64,000 nt of DNA from Sphyrna mokarran (GCA_024679065.1 JAGIQG010000006.1:54436001-54500000); one strand, 5' to 3'; shown: positions 11,230-23,991, numbered from the stretch's first letter. Numbers and translations are program-made. Notes: a model not told the origin generated them from the letters alone.

Positions 11230-11845
11230 ATGGTAAAGTCTTCACCGCTATCCCAAAGAAGAAAGTATTATCCTTCTTGGGACTTTCATCCCTAGGCAGT
11301 TATGACTCTGATATCTCGAATGGAACCATTGGAAACAATGGGGAGGGAAAAGCCAATGCAAATAGTGTACTCTAATTGACAAATATGTTTAACACGGCCA
11401 CATTGTAACCAACACTCTCTTCCACCAATGCTAAAGTATATGATCTCCGGCAACAAAATTAAGTGGCTTTCATTGTTTAGTAGAGCAAGCCTAGATCTCA
11501 AGGCAAAAAAGCACTCCAACAGCTCAGTGCTGATAGCCAAAGGCAAACCTGGAAGATAAAGGACATGTGGTGGAAAGTAAAGCATGAGAGATCCGACAAT
11601 ATACTGATCATCATGAAGCCAACCAAAGTCAAATAGACTAAATCCCCTTTGCCCACAGGGTGGTATTTCTCTTCTTAAGAATGACAATGCCATCTGGCCC
11701 AAATGGAAAGAACATTCTGAGCAACTCCTCATCCATGAATCTACAGTGGCAGCTGATACGAGGCCTGTTATAAAATCCACCCTTGATCTATCATCAATGA
11801 TAGTGCTCCAGCAGGCAATCAAACAGATGAAAAACAGCAAGAAAT
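11230..11845 (+). mobile_element. Degenerate RTE-clade LINE fragment (APE C-terminus and linker; traces may extend to about 12450)
   Basis: Frameshifted KVFTAIPK..IILLG-DF, NGTIGNNGEGKANAN, WKEHSEQLL and QAIKQMKNSK motifs typical of RTE ORFs. Confidence 0.7.
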
Positions 11846-13033
11846 AAATCACAATATCACTCTTGTGTGATTTGAATTTCATTTAGAATTTTTCAGACTG
11901 GATTCTTTTCCCAAGTAATCTGCATCTTGTACGATCAAGATGAGACCCAATTTTGTGCATGCTTATTTCTTTTCTAGTACTCCTGAGGCACTGGTGTTCA
12001 CAGGATTTTGTAGACATCAAAAATGAGCTCTGTTGGTCACTTGAGTGAGGTGGCCATTTTATCTGGAACACTACCCAGAACAAAGGTGAGAACACCTGAA
12101 CAAAGGAAACAGAGAAAACTCATCAAGGTAATATTTAAAAATGTTGGGTAAAATGTTATTCTGGTGATTTTTGGCAAACTTCAGCTTTTGCAAAGTGTGC
12201 CTTATTAGAAAGCAGGACAAGTCCCCAGTACTCTTCTAATTACAGACTTGACTTTTCACTCTAGTGTTACAACACTTACCGACATTCAACCCAGTTAATT
12301 TCAAGTGTGAGCAAGGAAAAGGAAAAAAACACTCTTCATTGGGCCTTTCCTCAGTGCCTTGATTTGTGGTTTGGCCTCCAGGTAGAAACTGAACTGTCCA
12401 AAGAGCTGTCTTTAATCTCAGAATCAAATTATTTCAGAAGGCACCATGTGTTCCAGAATTAAAAGGAGCTCCCTAGGCTGTGCCTGAGAAGAAAACATCT
12501 TCTACTTTCCATCTTCCTTCTTAATACCGAGGGAAGATCTGATCATGGTGGAGAGTTATGTTATATAGCTCTTTACCCTTTTAACTAATGAAACTCCAGA
12601 TTCTCACCGCAACGTTACAATTTATCCTGGTCAATTCTGACTGACTATCAGCCTCAGGGCAGACCATGAAAACGAAAGCAGTGAATGATGGTATCTGTGG
12701 GTGTTTCATTTCTAGGTGTGATAATCAATCACTGTTATATGAAGTAATGAAAAAAATTCACAACTGATAAAAATCCTGAAAAAAAATTACATGCAACTAT
12801 TAAGCAGCACTTCTAGTCAGAAGATTATAAAGGGCAATGAATTTACAAATAAGAATTTGCTTCCTAAAGTCTATAAAATTAAATTCAAACTTGTTTACTA
12901 TTTGCCAACCCTAATTTAGTGTGAGTAGGAAGGCAGATTCTTTCTTGAGTATACCATTTATCACAACTGAATCAACAAACCTTCACTGATTGTCCATCTC
13001 CTACAGGACTCACCTTCTGTGCCAATTAGGAGG

Positions 13034-14296
13034 ATGTGGAGATGCCGGCATTGGACTGGGGTAAACACAGTAAGAAGTCTCTCAACACCAGGTTAAAGTC
13101 CAACAGGTTTATTTGGTAGCAAACACCATTAGCTTTTGGAGCACTGCTCCTTCGTCAGGTGAGTGGGGAGTTCTGATCACAAACAGACCACATAAAGGCA
13201 TTCCCTCAGTTTACAGAATATTAATTAGAATGTGAGTCTTTACAGCTAATCAAGTCTTGAAGGTGCAGACAATGTGAGTGGAGATAGCATTAAGCTTAGG
13301 TTAAAGAGATGCATATTGTCCCCAGACAGTACAGTAAGTGAGAGATTGCAAGCCTAGGCAAGTCATGAGGGTTAAAAATAGTGTGCCAAGATCTCGATTG
13401 AGTCCATCCTCATGTTTTCGGAACTTGGCTATCAGTTTCTGCTCAGCGACTCTGTGCTGTCATGTGTTGTGAAGGCTGCATTGCAGAACGTTTGCCTGAA
13501 GATCAGAGGCTGAATACCCGTGACCACTGAAGTGTTCACCAACAGGAAGAGAACAGTCCTGTTTGGTGATTGTCGAGCAGTGTTCATTCATCCATTGTCA
13601 TAGCGTTTGCACGGTGTCTCCAATGTACAATGCCTTGGAATATCCTTTCCTGCAGCATATCAGGTAGACAACATTGGCCGAGTTGCAAGAATATGTACCA
13701 TGTACTTGGTGGATGGTGTTCTCACGTGAGATGATGACATCCATTTCGATGATCCGGCATGTCTTGCAGAAGTTGCTGAGGTAGGGTTGTGTGGTGACGT
13801 GGTAACTGTTCTCCTGAAGGCTGGGTAGTTTGCTGCAGACAATGGACTGTTTGAGGTTGTGTGGTTGTTTGAAGGCAAGAAGTAGAGGTATGGGGATGGC
13901 CTTGGCAAGATATTCGTCTTCACCAATGAAATCTTCAACATGTCATTGAAACTGATAGCCAAGTTCTATAACATGAGGACGGCCTCAACCAGGATCTTGG
14001 GTTCATGTCACACTTTTTGTAACCCATATAACTTGCCTTTACTTGCAATATCTCACTTCTTATGCCATATTGGGACAATACACATCCCTTTAACCTATGC
14101 TTAATGTTATTTCCACTTGCATTGTCTGCACCTTTAAGACTTGATTAGCTGGAAAGACTCGCATTCTAATCAGTATCCGGTGCTTGTGCCTTTCTATGCC
14201 CTGTTGCGATCAGAATTCCCCGCTCACCTGATGAAGGAGCAGTGCTCCAAAAGCTAGTGGCGTTTGCTACTAAATAAACCTGTTGGACCTGTGAGA
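13034..14296 (-). mobile_element. 5'-truncated Penelope-like element (family A) with inverted pseudo-LTRs
   Basis: 12-bp TSD CCAATTAGGAGG (13022-13033, 14297-14308). Inverted repeats about 13098-13440 and 13950-14288. Internal minus-strand GIY-YIG remnant (SCNSANVVYLICCRKGYSKALYIG...VGEHFSGHG). Decayed hammerhead in each arm. Confidence 0.92.
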
Positions 14297-14691
14297 CCAA
14301 TTAGGAGGGTCAGTCTGAATGCAATTTCCCAGGGTTTATACTCATAACCACATAGATTTAGCTCACACACCAGACACAATTATGTTACTGCAAGATGCAA
14401 GTAAAGTTTATAGAGTGGGATTTCCCATACCTGTTTTCAGCAGGTGGGAAAACCAGAGTAGGGCGGAGAATCTAACCAAATTCCCATATCAACATTTACA
14501 CTGGTAGGATTTCCTACTGAGATACTTCCCAGCCTCTGGCAATGATATAATAGAATTCCCAACCATCAATGACTGAGAACCCCATTACCATACATTTAAA
14601 CAACAATAGCACGTCTTTCCTCTCTATCAACTCCCACGTAAGGAACATCTCCCTCCCCTGCTGATGACATGCCCTGTCAGTAGGACTTACA

Positions 14692-15352
14692 AAGAACATA
14701 GAACATAGAACATAGAACATTACAGCACAGAACAGGCCCTTCGGCCCTCGATGTTGCGCCGACCAATATAAAAAGCAATGCCCCTCCAAACTAAACCATT
14801 TCCTTCTCTTCCATATACTTATCAACTAACCTCTTAAACGCCACCAAACTTGGCGCATCTACAACCGCTGCAGGCAGGGCATTCCACTCCCGAACCACCC
14901 TTTGGGTAAAGAACCTGCCTCTGATATCCGTCCTATAACTATCACCCCTTAATTTAAAGCTGTGTCCCCTCGTGCTAGCTTTTTCCATCCTAGGAAAAAG
15001 GCTATCACTGTCCACCCTATCTAAACCTCTAATCATCTTATATGTTTCGATCAGGTCCCCTCTTAGCCTCCTCCTTTCTAACGAAAACAACCTCAAATCC
15101 CTCAGCCTCTCCTCATAAGACCTGCCCTCCATACCAGGCAACATCCTGGTAAACCTCCTCTGTACCCTCTCCAATGCCTCCACATCTTTCTTATAATGTG
15201 GGGACCAGAACTGCACACAATACTCCAAGTGCGGCCGCACTAGAGTTTTGTACAGTTGCAACATGACGTTGCGGCTCCGAAATTCAATCCCTCTACCAAT
15301 AAAAGCCAAGACTCCATATGCCTTCTTAACAACCTTCTCGACCTGACTGCCT
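14692..15352 (-). mobile_element. Young 5'-truncated CR1/HER1 LINE with open ORF2 C-terminus (14791-15309)
   Basis: [20 protein letters not shown]...RRLRGDLIETYK...FFTQRVVREWNALP; (AGAACAT)n tail; 7-bp TSD ACTTACA (14685-14691, 15353-15359). Confidence 0.95.
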
Positions 15353-16519
15353 ACTTACAGCAGCTTTTGACAAATGGAGAGACTTGATTAATATAATCTG
15401 CCAGCAAATCACAGGTCAGTCCAGCCCCCCGGGGGCGGAAAGGGACATATCTGGTCTGCACCATGGCATTGGCCCCATTACTGCTGGAGATACTGCTGAA
15501 TCACTGCCAATGGGTAAGTGCTGGGAGCACTACCTGGGGACCTCCATCAGGGATCTTACAGGGTGCAGGGGGCTTCCCTGTCAGTGGGGCACAGGGTAGT
15601 GTACTCTGCATGATCAGTTTCCTTGGGTAGGCTTCCATGGGGTATTTCTATTCATATTTTTATTGCTTTTAGATTAGAGTGCCCTTTAAAAATAGTGGCC
15701 CGATCTGCCAGGGGCCTATGTTGTACTTACAGCATCTTTCATTTTATTTCAAAATGTTTGGAAATGTTGGCGGAAAACCTGTCAAGGGAGTTAACTGGCT
15801 GCCTTTTGCTTTTCCCAATGAGGCAACACTGAAAAGAAATCATAAAATTCCAGCAAAAAAGGGCAACTGGTTCACATTGGACAGGTTCATGTGACTCCCC
15901 TGTTCCCACTCATTTCACCTCCAAGCTCAAAATATAAGAATATTTATTGTGAACCATGAATGGAGTAAATCATTTACACATTGTGATTTTTCTGATTCAG
16001 ATTTTCAGTAATTATTATAAATGTGAAGCAATGATATAAACTGAAACTTTAAATCCCCAGTCAATCAGAGCAAGAAATATAAGAAAAGTAGGGTCATTGC
16101 GAATAGCTTCCAGCATCCTGAGTTAACTCCTGTTCTTCTCACAACATAGACATATGGCTGGAATCTCTTCAAAGCTGCACTTGTTCCACTGCTTTAATTT
16201 TTCCAGAAGTGTGGTAGAATCCAGGTTTACACACATAAACTGGGCATTCCCAGCGAAGATCTCTTTGGCAGGGTCGGCATAACACAGAGAAAAGACTCAG
16301 CCTCTGTTCTTGATAAACTTGATTTAAAGTTGAATCCAATGTTAATAAGCAATAACACCAACAGTTTTGGCACCACCTTGGGGATATTAGCTTTGTTAGA
16401 CTAGGATTGACATGTAAGGCTCAGTTTCCTAGCAATACACCGCCTCACTGGGACCAAAAATGGCAGGCAGGAACGATCGCTTCTGATATAGTGGGTCAAG
16501 GCAAAGGCCTTCTTTATTG

Positions 16520-17520
16520 TAAAAGCTAATTACTGCAGATGCTGGAATCCGAACAAAAACAGCTGAAAAATCTCAGCAGTTCTGACAGCATCTGTGGAGA
16601 CAGAACAGAGCTAACATTTTGTGTCTGGATGATTCTATCAGAGCTGAAGAAAACTGGAAATATTATGAGATTTATATGTAGTGGGGTAGGGTTGGGGGTT
16701 GGAGAAGTAGAGACTGGATAGAGGGCCAGTGAAAGAAGAAGGCTAAGGAGAGATTGACAAAGATGCCATGGACAGAAAGACAAAGGGAATGTAAATGGTG
16801 GTAATTGTAGCTAAGAAGGTTGCTGATAGTGGCAAATTAAGAGATCAGAATGTGTTAATTGCAGAACAAAGGTAAGCACTGTGACAAAGAATAACCTGGA
16901 ACAGATAACAGATGGTCCTAGATGGTTGGGGTGGGGGGAAGTAAGACAGTGGTAAGAGGAAAGAAAAGTGAAGCAGAGTAAAATAGGAAATGGTAAAATG
17001 AATCAATGGAAAAAATGAAAGTAAATGGATAGAAATAAAAAATGGAGTAAAGGAGAAGAGAAAGTACGCAGTGTGAAGTTGTTGAACTCAACATTAAGCC
17101 TGGAAGGCTGTCATGTGTCTAATTGGAAGATGATCCTCCAGTTTGCATTGGGCTTCACTGGAATATTGTAGTAGGCCAAGGATAGACATGGAGACATGAG
17201 AGCAAGATGGTGTGTTAAAATGACAAATGGGAGGAAAGTCTGTGTCACGTTTGCGGATGGACTGAAGGTGTTCTGCGAAGCAGCCACCTAGTCTGCATTT
17301 AGTCTCTCTAGTGCAGAGTAGACTGCATTGGGAACAGTGAATGCAACAGACCAGATTAAAGGACAGGCACATGAAGCGCTTCTTCACTTGCAAAGAGTAT
17401 TTAGGGCCTGGGATGGTGAACAGGGAGGATGCAAAAGGCCAGGGTTGCACCTTCAATGATTGCATGGGAAGGTGTGTTGGGAAGGGGGGGTGATGGAGGA
17501 GTAGACCAGGATATCCCGGA
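16520..17520 (-). mobile_element. Penelope-like element 3' part (family C): GIY-YIG remnant, 3'UTR and terminus with decayed hammerhead
   Basis: ORF 17094-17465 RFMCLSFNLVCCIHCSQCSLLCTRETKCRLGGCFAEHL...HFN, then GLNVEFNNF in a shifted frame. Degenerate AGCT-CTGATAGA...AAAATGTT-AGCT near 16606-16646. Confidence 0.85.
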
Positions 17521-18602
17521 GCTATCTGCCTTCTTTGTTAACGTCTGGAACAGGCAATAGACAATTTGCGTATGAAAATGAGAGGTGTAGAGTCTGCTTC
17601 CAGACTTTGCCTCAAATTTTGTTTGTCGTGAATCAGCACACAACAGTACACGTCAGTTGAGGTGAGGGGACAAAAGTAGATGTGCCACAAACTTAGCTTA
17701 CAGAAACAAAACAGTTTGGAAAAGCAAAGCATTGAATAATTCTGCTGGCAGTTGTTGAAGAAATGTTGCTGATTATGGTATTTGTGGTGTAAGAGATAAA
17801 CATCAGCCAAAAGATTGGCAGCAGGTATCATTTCAAATCTCAGCTCCAAGATAAAAGTGGAAATGATGACTGAGTAATCAGCCAAGTCTTTAATACCTAT
17901 CTCCTTCATTAAGCCTCACTGCATTAAAGGCAGCTTAGCTATATCTGTCACAAGCATGTTTCCCACATATGACTGATCAGAATTCAAGATATTGTTCATT
18001 ATGAGAAAAAAAAATTATGGTGAAATGTCCAGTCCACTTTGCAGATCCTTGAACACTTAAACAACTATCTATATTTTCTGCAGGCTTCTGATTTTGATCT
18101 CAGCAAAGTTATGTTCTTCTGCACCATGTTCCTTTTTGCAGGTTGTCCATCTGTTTTTTCCCCTCCAGTTATTCTCCTTATCTTCTGCACACAGGATGAT
18201 GTTGCATTCTTCCAAGCAATCAACCACGATTTGAAGTTTAAGTTTGGTGAATAATCTTTTCCACAATTCCCTCGCCATCGTGTGAAAATGTTGCCAATTT
18301 TCTATTTTTTTTACTTCCTTAAATTCATAATGCAAATAAAAAACAGATCTTAGTTCTAATTCCTCAAAATTTCTGGAAATTTTAACTATCTCTATCCCTT
18401 TCTGAGTAAAATCCCAGTGTGGGCATCTATATTTCACATCTTGCAGTTAAGAAATTTGTCTAGTAGTTTTCTTGCAAAATCCCAACAGTCTGTCTGTCCT
18501 AAGAAACAATTATCCAGAGATCAACATGTCTCTACCAACATAAGTTTTGCAAGGTTCACAGGAACCTTGTTTTTTTATGCAAGCACAGAATTTTTATATC
18601 AC

Positions 18603-19200
18603 AGAAGACCATAAGATCATAAGACATAGGAGCAGTATTAGACCATTCGATCCATCAAGTCTGTTCTGTCATTCAATTATGGTTGATATATTTCTCATCC
18701 CCTTTCTCTTGCTTTTTCCCCATAACACTTGATCCCCTTGTTAATCAAGAACACTCAATGACCTGGCCTCCACAGCCTTCTGTGACAACAAGTTCCTCAG
18801 ATTCACTACTTTCAGGCTGAAGAAATTCCTCCTTATCTCTGTTTTAAAGGATTGTCCCTTTAGTTTGTGAAGGAGGCCATTCAGCTCATCATATCTGCAC
18901 TGCCACTCTGAATAAGCAATTTACTTAGTGCCAATCTCATGAATTCTCCCCATAAACCTGTACATTTTTTTCTTTTCAATGCTTCTTTTCAGTCTTCAAT
19001 ACTTTGATTGAACCTGCCTCCACAATACTCTTAGGCAGTGTATTCATGACCTCAACCACTGTGAAAAATTTTGTTCTCACATTGCTTTTGCTTCCTTTGC
19101 CAATTACTTTAAACTTATGCCATCTTGTCCTCAATCCTTTCATGAGTGGAAACAGTTTCTCCCTATTTATTTCATCCAGACCTCTTATGATATTGAAAAA
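18603..19200 (-). mobile_element. Two adjacent CR1 3' fragments (about 18603-18868 and 18869-19200)
   Basis: (CATAAGA)n tail; IIRGLDEINREKLFPLMKGLRTRWHKFKV translation. Confidence 0.85.
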
Positions 19201-20049
19201 AGCGAACCAATTGTAATACCTTTGGGGTTTGGGCAACCGATCAAACAGCACAGGAGGCAATTTATGATACAGAATCAAAAATTGAATTGAGTACTCGATC
19301 TGAGCAAGTTCAAATGCAACCTTTACAAACATTTTTCCTTTATCTTGCTATATGTATTAATAATTTACTTATTTTTTGACCACCTGTACACACTAAACAA
19401 TTTGTAATGATCCATCCATCAAAACTCTCAAATTTATTTCTTGCTGCAAGTTATTGTTTCATATATACCCAGCTTTCTCAACCATTCTATTTAATTTCAA
19501 GACTTTGCATTGTCTGTGGTGAATTCTATTTGAAATCTGTTCATCCATTAATCTAGTATGTTTGGATTCACTGGTATTATCACTGCTTGCTGAACGCATG
19601 TTGGCCACTGTATCCAATTTGCAAACTTAGATATTATTTCATCCTCCAAGTAATTTCTAAAGCTTATTAACAATTTGACACAATCATCAGCCCTCGTTGA
19701 TCTCCCTTGCCAACGAGTTTTCACTCTAATTCTTCTTGATGCACCGCTGAACTTTTCTGTCCATCTTTCAGCATAGACTAATCAAGTCAAATCCTTTACC
19801 ATCTATTGCTTGGACATATACATTTGAGTTGAGTTTGTTCTATGTAATAGTGTTAAATGTCCTTTTGAAATCCATTCTTTCCACTGTTGTATCACAATAC
19901 TTTTAGAGCTATTATATTTTCCATTATATTCTGCTCATTTTTCCTGTTCATATCTCTTGGATTTCTTTGATTATATAATACAGGGCAATTACAAGTTACA
20001 CTTAACATAGAGATACACCTCAAGGCCCTTCAAAGAGAGATAATGTTAA

Positions 20050-20260
20050 AAGAAAGACATCAATCTGAGGAAAGGGATATGAGAAGGAATTGCTAGAAGC
20101 TTCATCAAAGAGATGATTTTAAGAAAGGTCTAAAAGGTAGAGCAGTACAGGGACTTACAAAAGGAATTCTGGATTGTGGTGCCTCAGAACCTGAAGGCAA
20201 AGCTACCAATGGTGGAATAGGATGGATGAAAAGATATGCGCAAGATGCCAGGATCATTCC
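20050..20260 (-). mobile_element. Old L2-like LINE remnant
   Basis: GAATTCTGGA...CTGAAGGCA...CCAATGGTGG resembles the reverse-complemented L2 ORF2 end; similar to 41110-41620. Confidence 0.4.
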
Positions 20261-20552
20261 ATGGTTTTAAGGCTGCTTGAGGTCTCAACAAAAAAACAGA
20301 TGATTTAGTTTAATCATGTTACTGTTTATTACTCATGAGAGATAATTAATTCAATGTGCTTTCCCTATGTCTGTGTCTTTTTATACAATATCCCTTTTAT
20401 TCAACTACCTATCTAAAATCTGTCATTTCCATCTACTCCATGCCTCGATATTTCAGAATTTTATTAAACTTATTTTTCTCTTTCCCTAACTTGCTTTGTT
20501 ATTTATGTTAGTATGCTCTCCAATCCTCAATTAATTTCTGAGGTCAATTGTT

Positions 20553-20862
20553 AAGTTTAAGCTTATTTATTAGTGTTACAAGTAGGCTTACCTCAATACT
20601 GTAGTGAAATTAGTGTGAAAATCTTCTAGTCACCACACTTCAGTGCCTGTTAAGGTACACTGGGGGAGGATCTAACATGGCCAATGCACCTAATCAGCAC
20701 AGATTACCCAACCAGCACAGGGAATCAAAACACCTGAGGGAAACACACGCACACTTGTGAAGAACGTGCATACTCCACACAGACAGTGACCCAAGCTTGG
20801 AATTGAACTCAAGTCCCTGGTGCTGTGAGGCAGCAGTGCTAACCGCTATGCTACCGTGCCAC
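20553..20862 (-). mobile_element. tRNA-derived V-SINE with a non-HE1 (Rex/Babar-like) tail
   Basis: Head GGCACGGTAGCATAGCGGTTAGCACTGCTGCCTCACAGC, B-box-like GAGTTCAATTCC, V domain GTGTGGAGTATGCACGTTCT; tail ...TTTCACTACAG...GTAACACTAATAAATAA. Confidence 0.85.
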
Positions 20863-21649
20863 TCCATATTGCATTGCTACACAATACAAAAGCAAAGTGT
20901 CTCTAAAGCTTTCCTTTTTTATCGCCATGTTCTTCTCTTTAAAGACTTCTTTCCATTTCGTTTGGTTTAATTAAGTATTGTATTCCCTCCTTGGAGACCC
21001 AAGTTTCTAATCAATTGTTTTATATGTTTAATTTTCAGTTAAACCTTAAAAGTAATTCCAGAAAGCCCATCATAGTAGCAATTTTGTAATGCAAGATAAA
21101 AATGGATCAGAACATTAGTCTGAACTTTCTTTGACTCTCCGCAGATGTGCTGATGCAACTTACTTGGGAGTAATGGAAAATCTGAGGAAATTTAGGGTCT
21201 AATTCTTTTTACTTCACATATTAATGCTTGCCCTGTGGTGTCATCAATTGATTTTCAAGCCCTGAATTTGCATGTGAGTTAAATTTACAACTCATCCTCC
21301 ATAAAATGTAACCTAGGTCTTTCTTAATGGCATATTACTTTGGTTCAGTACAAAATCCAGTCAAAATTGTGAAAAAGTGAGGATTGTTATTTTTAAGATT
21401 GTTGAGCTGTTTAATTTGTATGATGACATCCAATACTCTAGCAGTGTTAAAATGTGTGAATGGTAAACTTGCAGTTAATGTTTATTTTTCCTGAAAACCT
21501 CAGCTACATATTCTGATAGCATTTAAAAAAAACACAATGATATTTTCAGTGTTGAAACAAACTCACCTCTCACAACTCAATGAACTTTTGTCCTTTTTGA
21601 TCATCACCCTGCACCACCTGGATACCAGCAAACTACTAATTTTCAATAC

Positions 21650-22480
21650 AAGAACAAGAGCGTCTATCAGTAAATAGATGAATTCACTGTCAGAAGTAGC
21701 CCATTATTATTCACTGGTAGGAAATCTGGATTAGAGTGTCAACTTTCTGTTTAACTGCAAACATTAGTTAATGTTTAATTAATTGATAATGAGACTGGCT
21801 ACCCAAATAGATTTTATGCTGATAATGTTTGAAAGTCAAAAAGCAACAAAAATGTTGTCTCTGAAGCAATTTGCTCAGCACGTTGCCTGATTAAAATGCT
21901 TTAGCGTTCTCCAATGTAATAAATGCATCGAGCGAATTAGTCTGACTCCCATTTGCTGTTCTTCCATGTCTGGATGGTGCATTTAAAAAATCAATATTGC
22001 ACTGAATGTTGTTGGCTATAAAGAAGACACGTGAGAACTTTAGTCAATTTGATTTTGTTTCTTGCTTTTAAAATAACATTATTAATTTATTTAATATCCG
22101 TTAACTAAATTAGCTTGAGCCTCATGGGCATTAATTTTGGTTCTAATGTAACTGCAATCACTGTAACTCTAATGAAGTTTTTAGTGCTATTTTTTATTTA
22201 ATAGATAAATGAAGGTCGAGTCCAGCTTGCTATTAAATTCATTTTCATTGATTAGAGCAAAATGATGCATTTCTTTATTTGAGTTGGGATGTAGAAGTTG
22301 TGCAAGCCAGCAGGCACTCTGTCTTAATTGACCCTCAATTTTCAAAGACACTGACTGACAATCGAGGCTCCCTTTGTGTAGCTGGCTCCTAAAGGTGACT
22401 GAACCATCATTAATTGATTGGCCTATGCTGCTGTTAGATACCAACAATTCCACATAGTGCATTGCTCTCAGTCAGTTAAG
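21650..22480. promoter_or_regulatory. Candidate conserved non-coding enhancer-like block
   Basis: No recognisable repeats, AT-rich, dense TAAT/TTAATTAA/TAATTG motifs and CACGTG. Composition-based inference only. Confidence 0.35.
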
Positions 22481-22774
22481 TCATCCTTTCTGAGATGTCT
22501 TGGCAACAAGATAATTAAAATCAAAATTTTAAATGACTTAGAACTATATCAATTTCCTAATAAAGCGAATTGGATAGTGCCAAACAAGGAAACATGTACA
22601 GGTCTGCGGGGAAAAGACAGGGGAGTGAAACTTGGTGAATTGTCCCCATTGAAGGCCTTCACGGAGATAGTGGGCTGAATGGTTTCTTTTTGGACTGTAA
22701 TCATTCAGTGATTCAGTTCAGAGGTACTCAGGTTAAGTCCTGCTCTTAATCTCTCGCAACGAAAAGGAATGAAA

Positions 22775-22865
22775 ACGTTGCATTTCCATTGCACTTTTCA
22801 TGACTACCAGATGTTCCAAAAATACTTCACAGTCAATGAAACACTTTTGAAATGTAGTCATTTGT
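22775..22865 (-). mobile_element. Deu-SINE (SacSINE1-like)/L2-type 3' tail remnant
   Basis: TTGCATTT...CTTTTCATGAC...CAGTCAATGAAACACTTTTGAAATGTAGTCA. Confidence 0.5.
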
Positions 22866-23620
22866 GAAGGACAGCAGGACATTTAAAATAGCCCTGATCT
22901 CTATACTGTTTTTGATTACTCCCCTTATAAACAGTGACATATTTTCCCCAACCCTTCTGTTTTGGAGTGATCCAATCCCCTATTAATGACCCCACAGGAA
23001 ACTTAAGATAGGGTCAAACCAGAGCATTAGTTTTATTTTAAATACACTCAGACATGGGAAGGGAGTATCACTGTGAAACCCCAGGTATGTTCACACAATA
23101 AAATAGGGATAAGAAAATAAGAGGTATGGGACAATGACCACCAACACAGACATAAGTCCGGAATCCAGAATCAAAAATTCAACGCCTTATTTTTCTGAAA
23201 GGTTAGCAGGCTGAAGCTGATGTGGGGTAATCCACTTTTGCAGCAGCACTCATTTCCACATTGGGAGAAGTACTTTGCGATTAATTAAACATGGAGAAGG
23301 CACTGGAACAGAGGTTCAGATGTTCTCGTAGAAATGAGGGTCAATGAGGATTGAGCGATATAAAGCAGGACAAAGTTATTTTGTTGATGGAAAATGGCAA
23401 ACTGCCTCCTTTAGCCTCGCAAGACAATATTCAATATTACAGGTTTCAGTGGTTTGTTTGGGGCGGGGGAGCATGAGGTGGCAAGTATGGATAAGGGGAG
23501 GAGATGTTCATTTGACAATTCCCATTTCTTCCACTTGGTTTAGGCAAAATTTTTATATTCCTGGTCTAGATTTTTGAGATACTAAATGTTTCATTCATTA
23601 ATAGGTTTATCAGAGATTTC

Positions 23621-23747
23621 GGGTGGGAATTTACAATCTCGCTTGTCATAAAACCGTAAAATCCTGCTTGAGGTTATCAGACATTTCTGTTGCCTGCCCC
23701 TTGCCTGCTGTGGTTCCCATGGCAAGTTGAGTGGTAAAATTCCAGCC
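23621..23747. mobile_element. Short MITE-like element
   Basis: Inverted ends GGGTGGGAATTTAC / GTAAAATTCCAGCC; relatives near 8683, 34800, 39177, 48143, 59460 and 60043. Confidence 0.55.
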
Positions 23748-23991
23748 TTCATGTTCTTTGTCCTTGCAGACACAGATCATCACAATTACCAGAGCCTGCC
23801 TTAGAAATGTGAAAGGCCTTTGTGTCTTTCCTTTACATTAGAGGTCTGCAGTCACAGGTGGCATCAGCAGTTCTTTAGATGTCACAAGGTTGCTGTGTTT
23901 GTCTGAAGGCTAAGAATTCCTTTTCTGCATGTTGTAGCCAATCATGGCTTCAGTGAGTATAAAGCCTTTGTCTGTTTAAAAAATAATGTAA

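Noticed and set aside
11292-11882. 196-aa hydrophobic ORF resembling a membrane protein
   Set aside because: It is the antisense shadow of a decayed RTE LINE on the plus strand.
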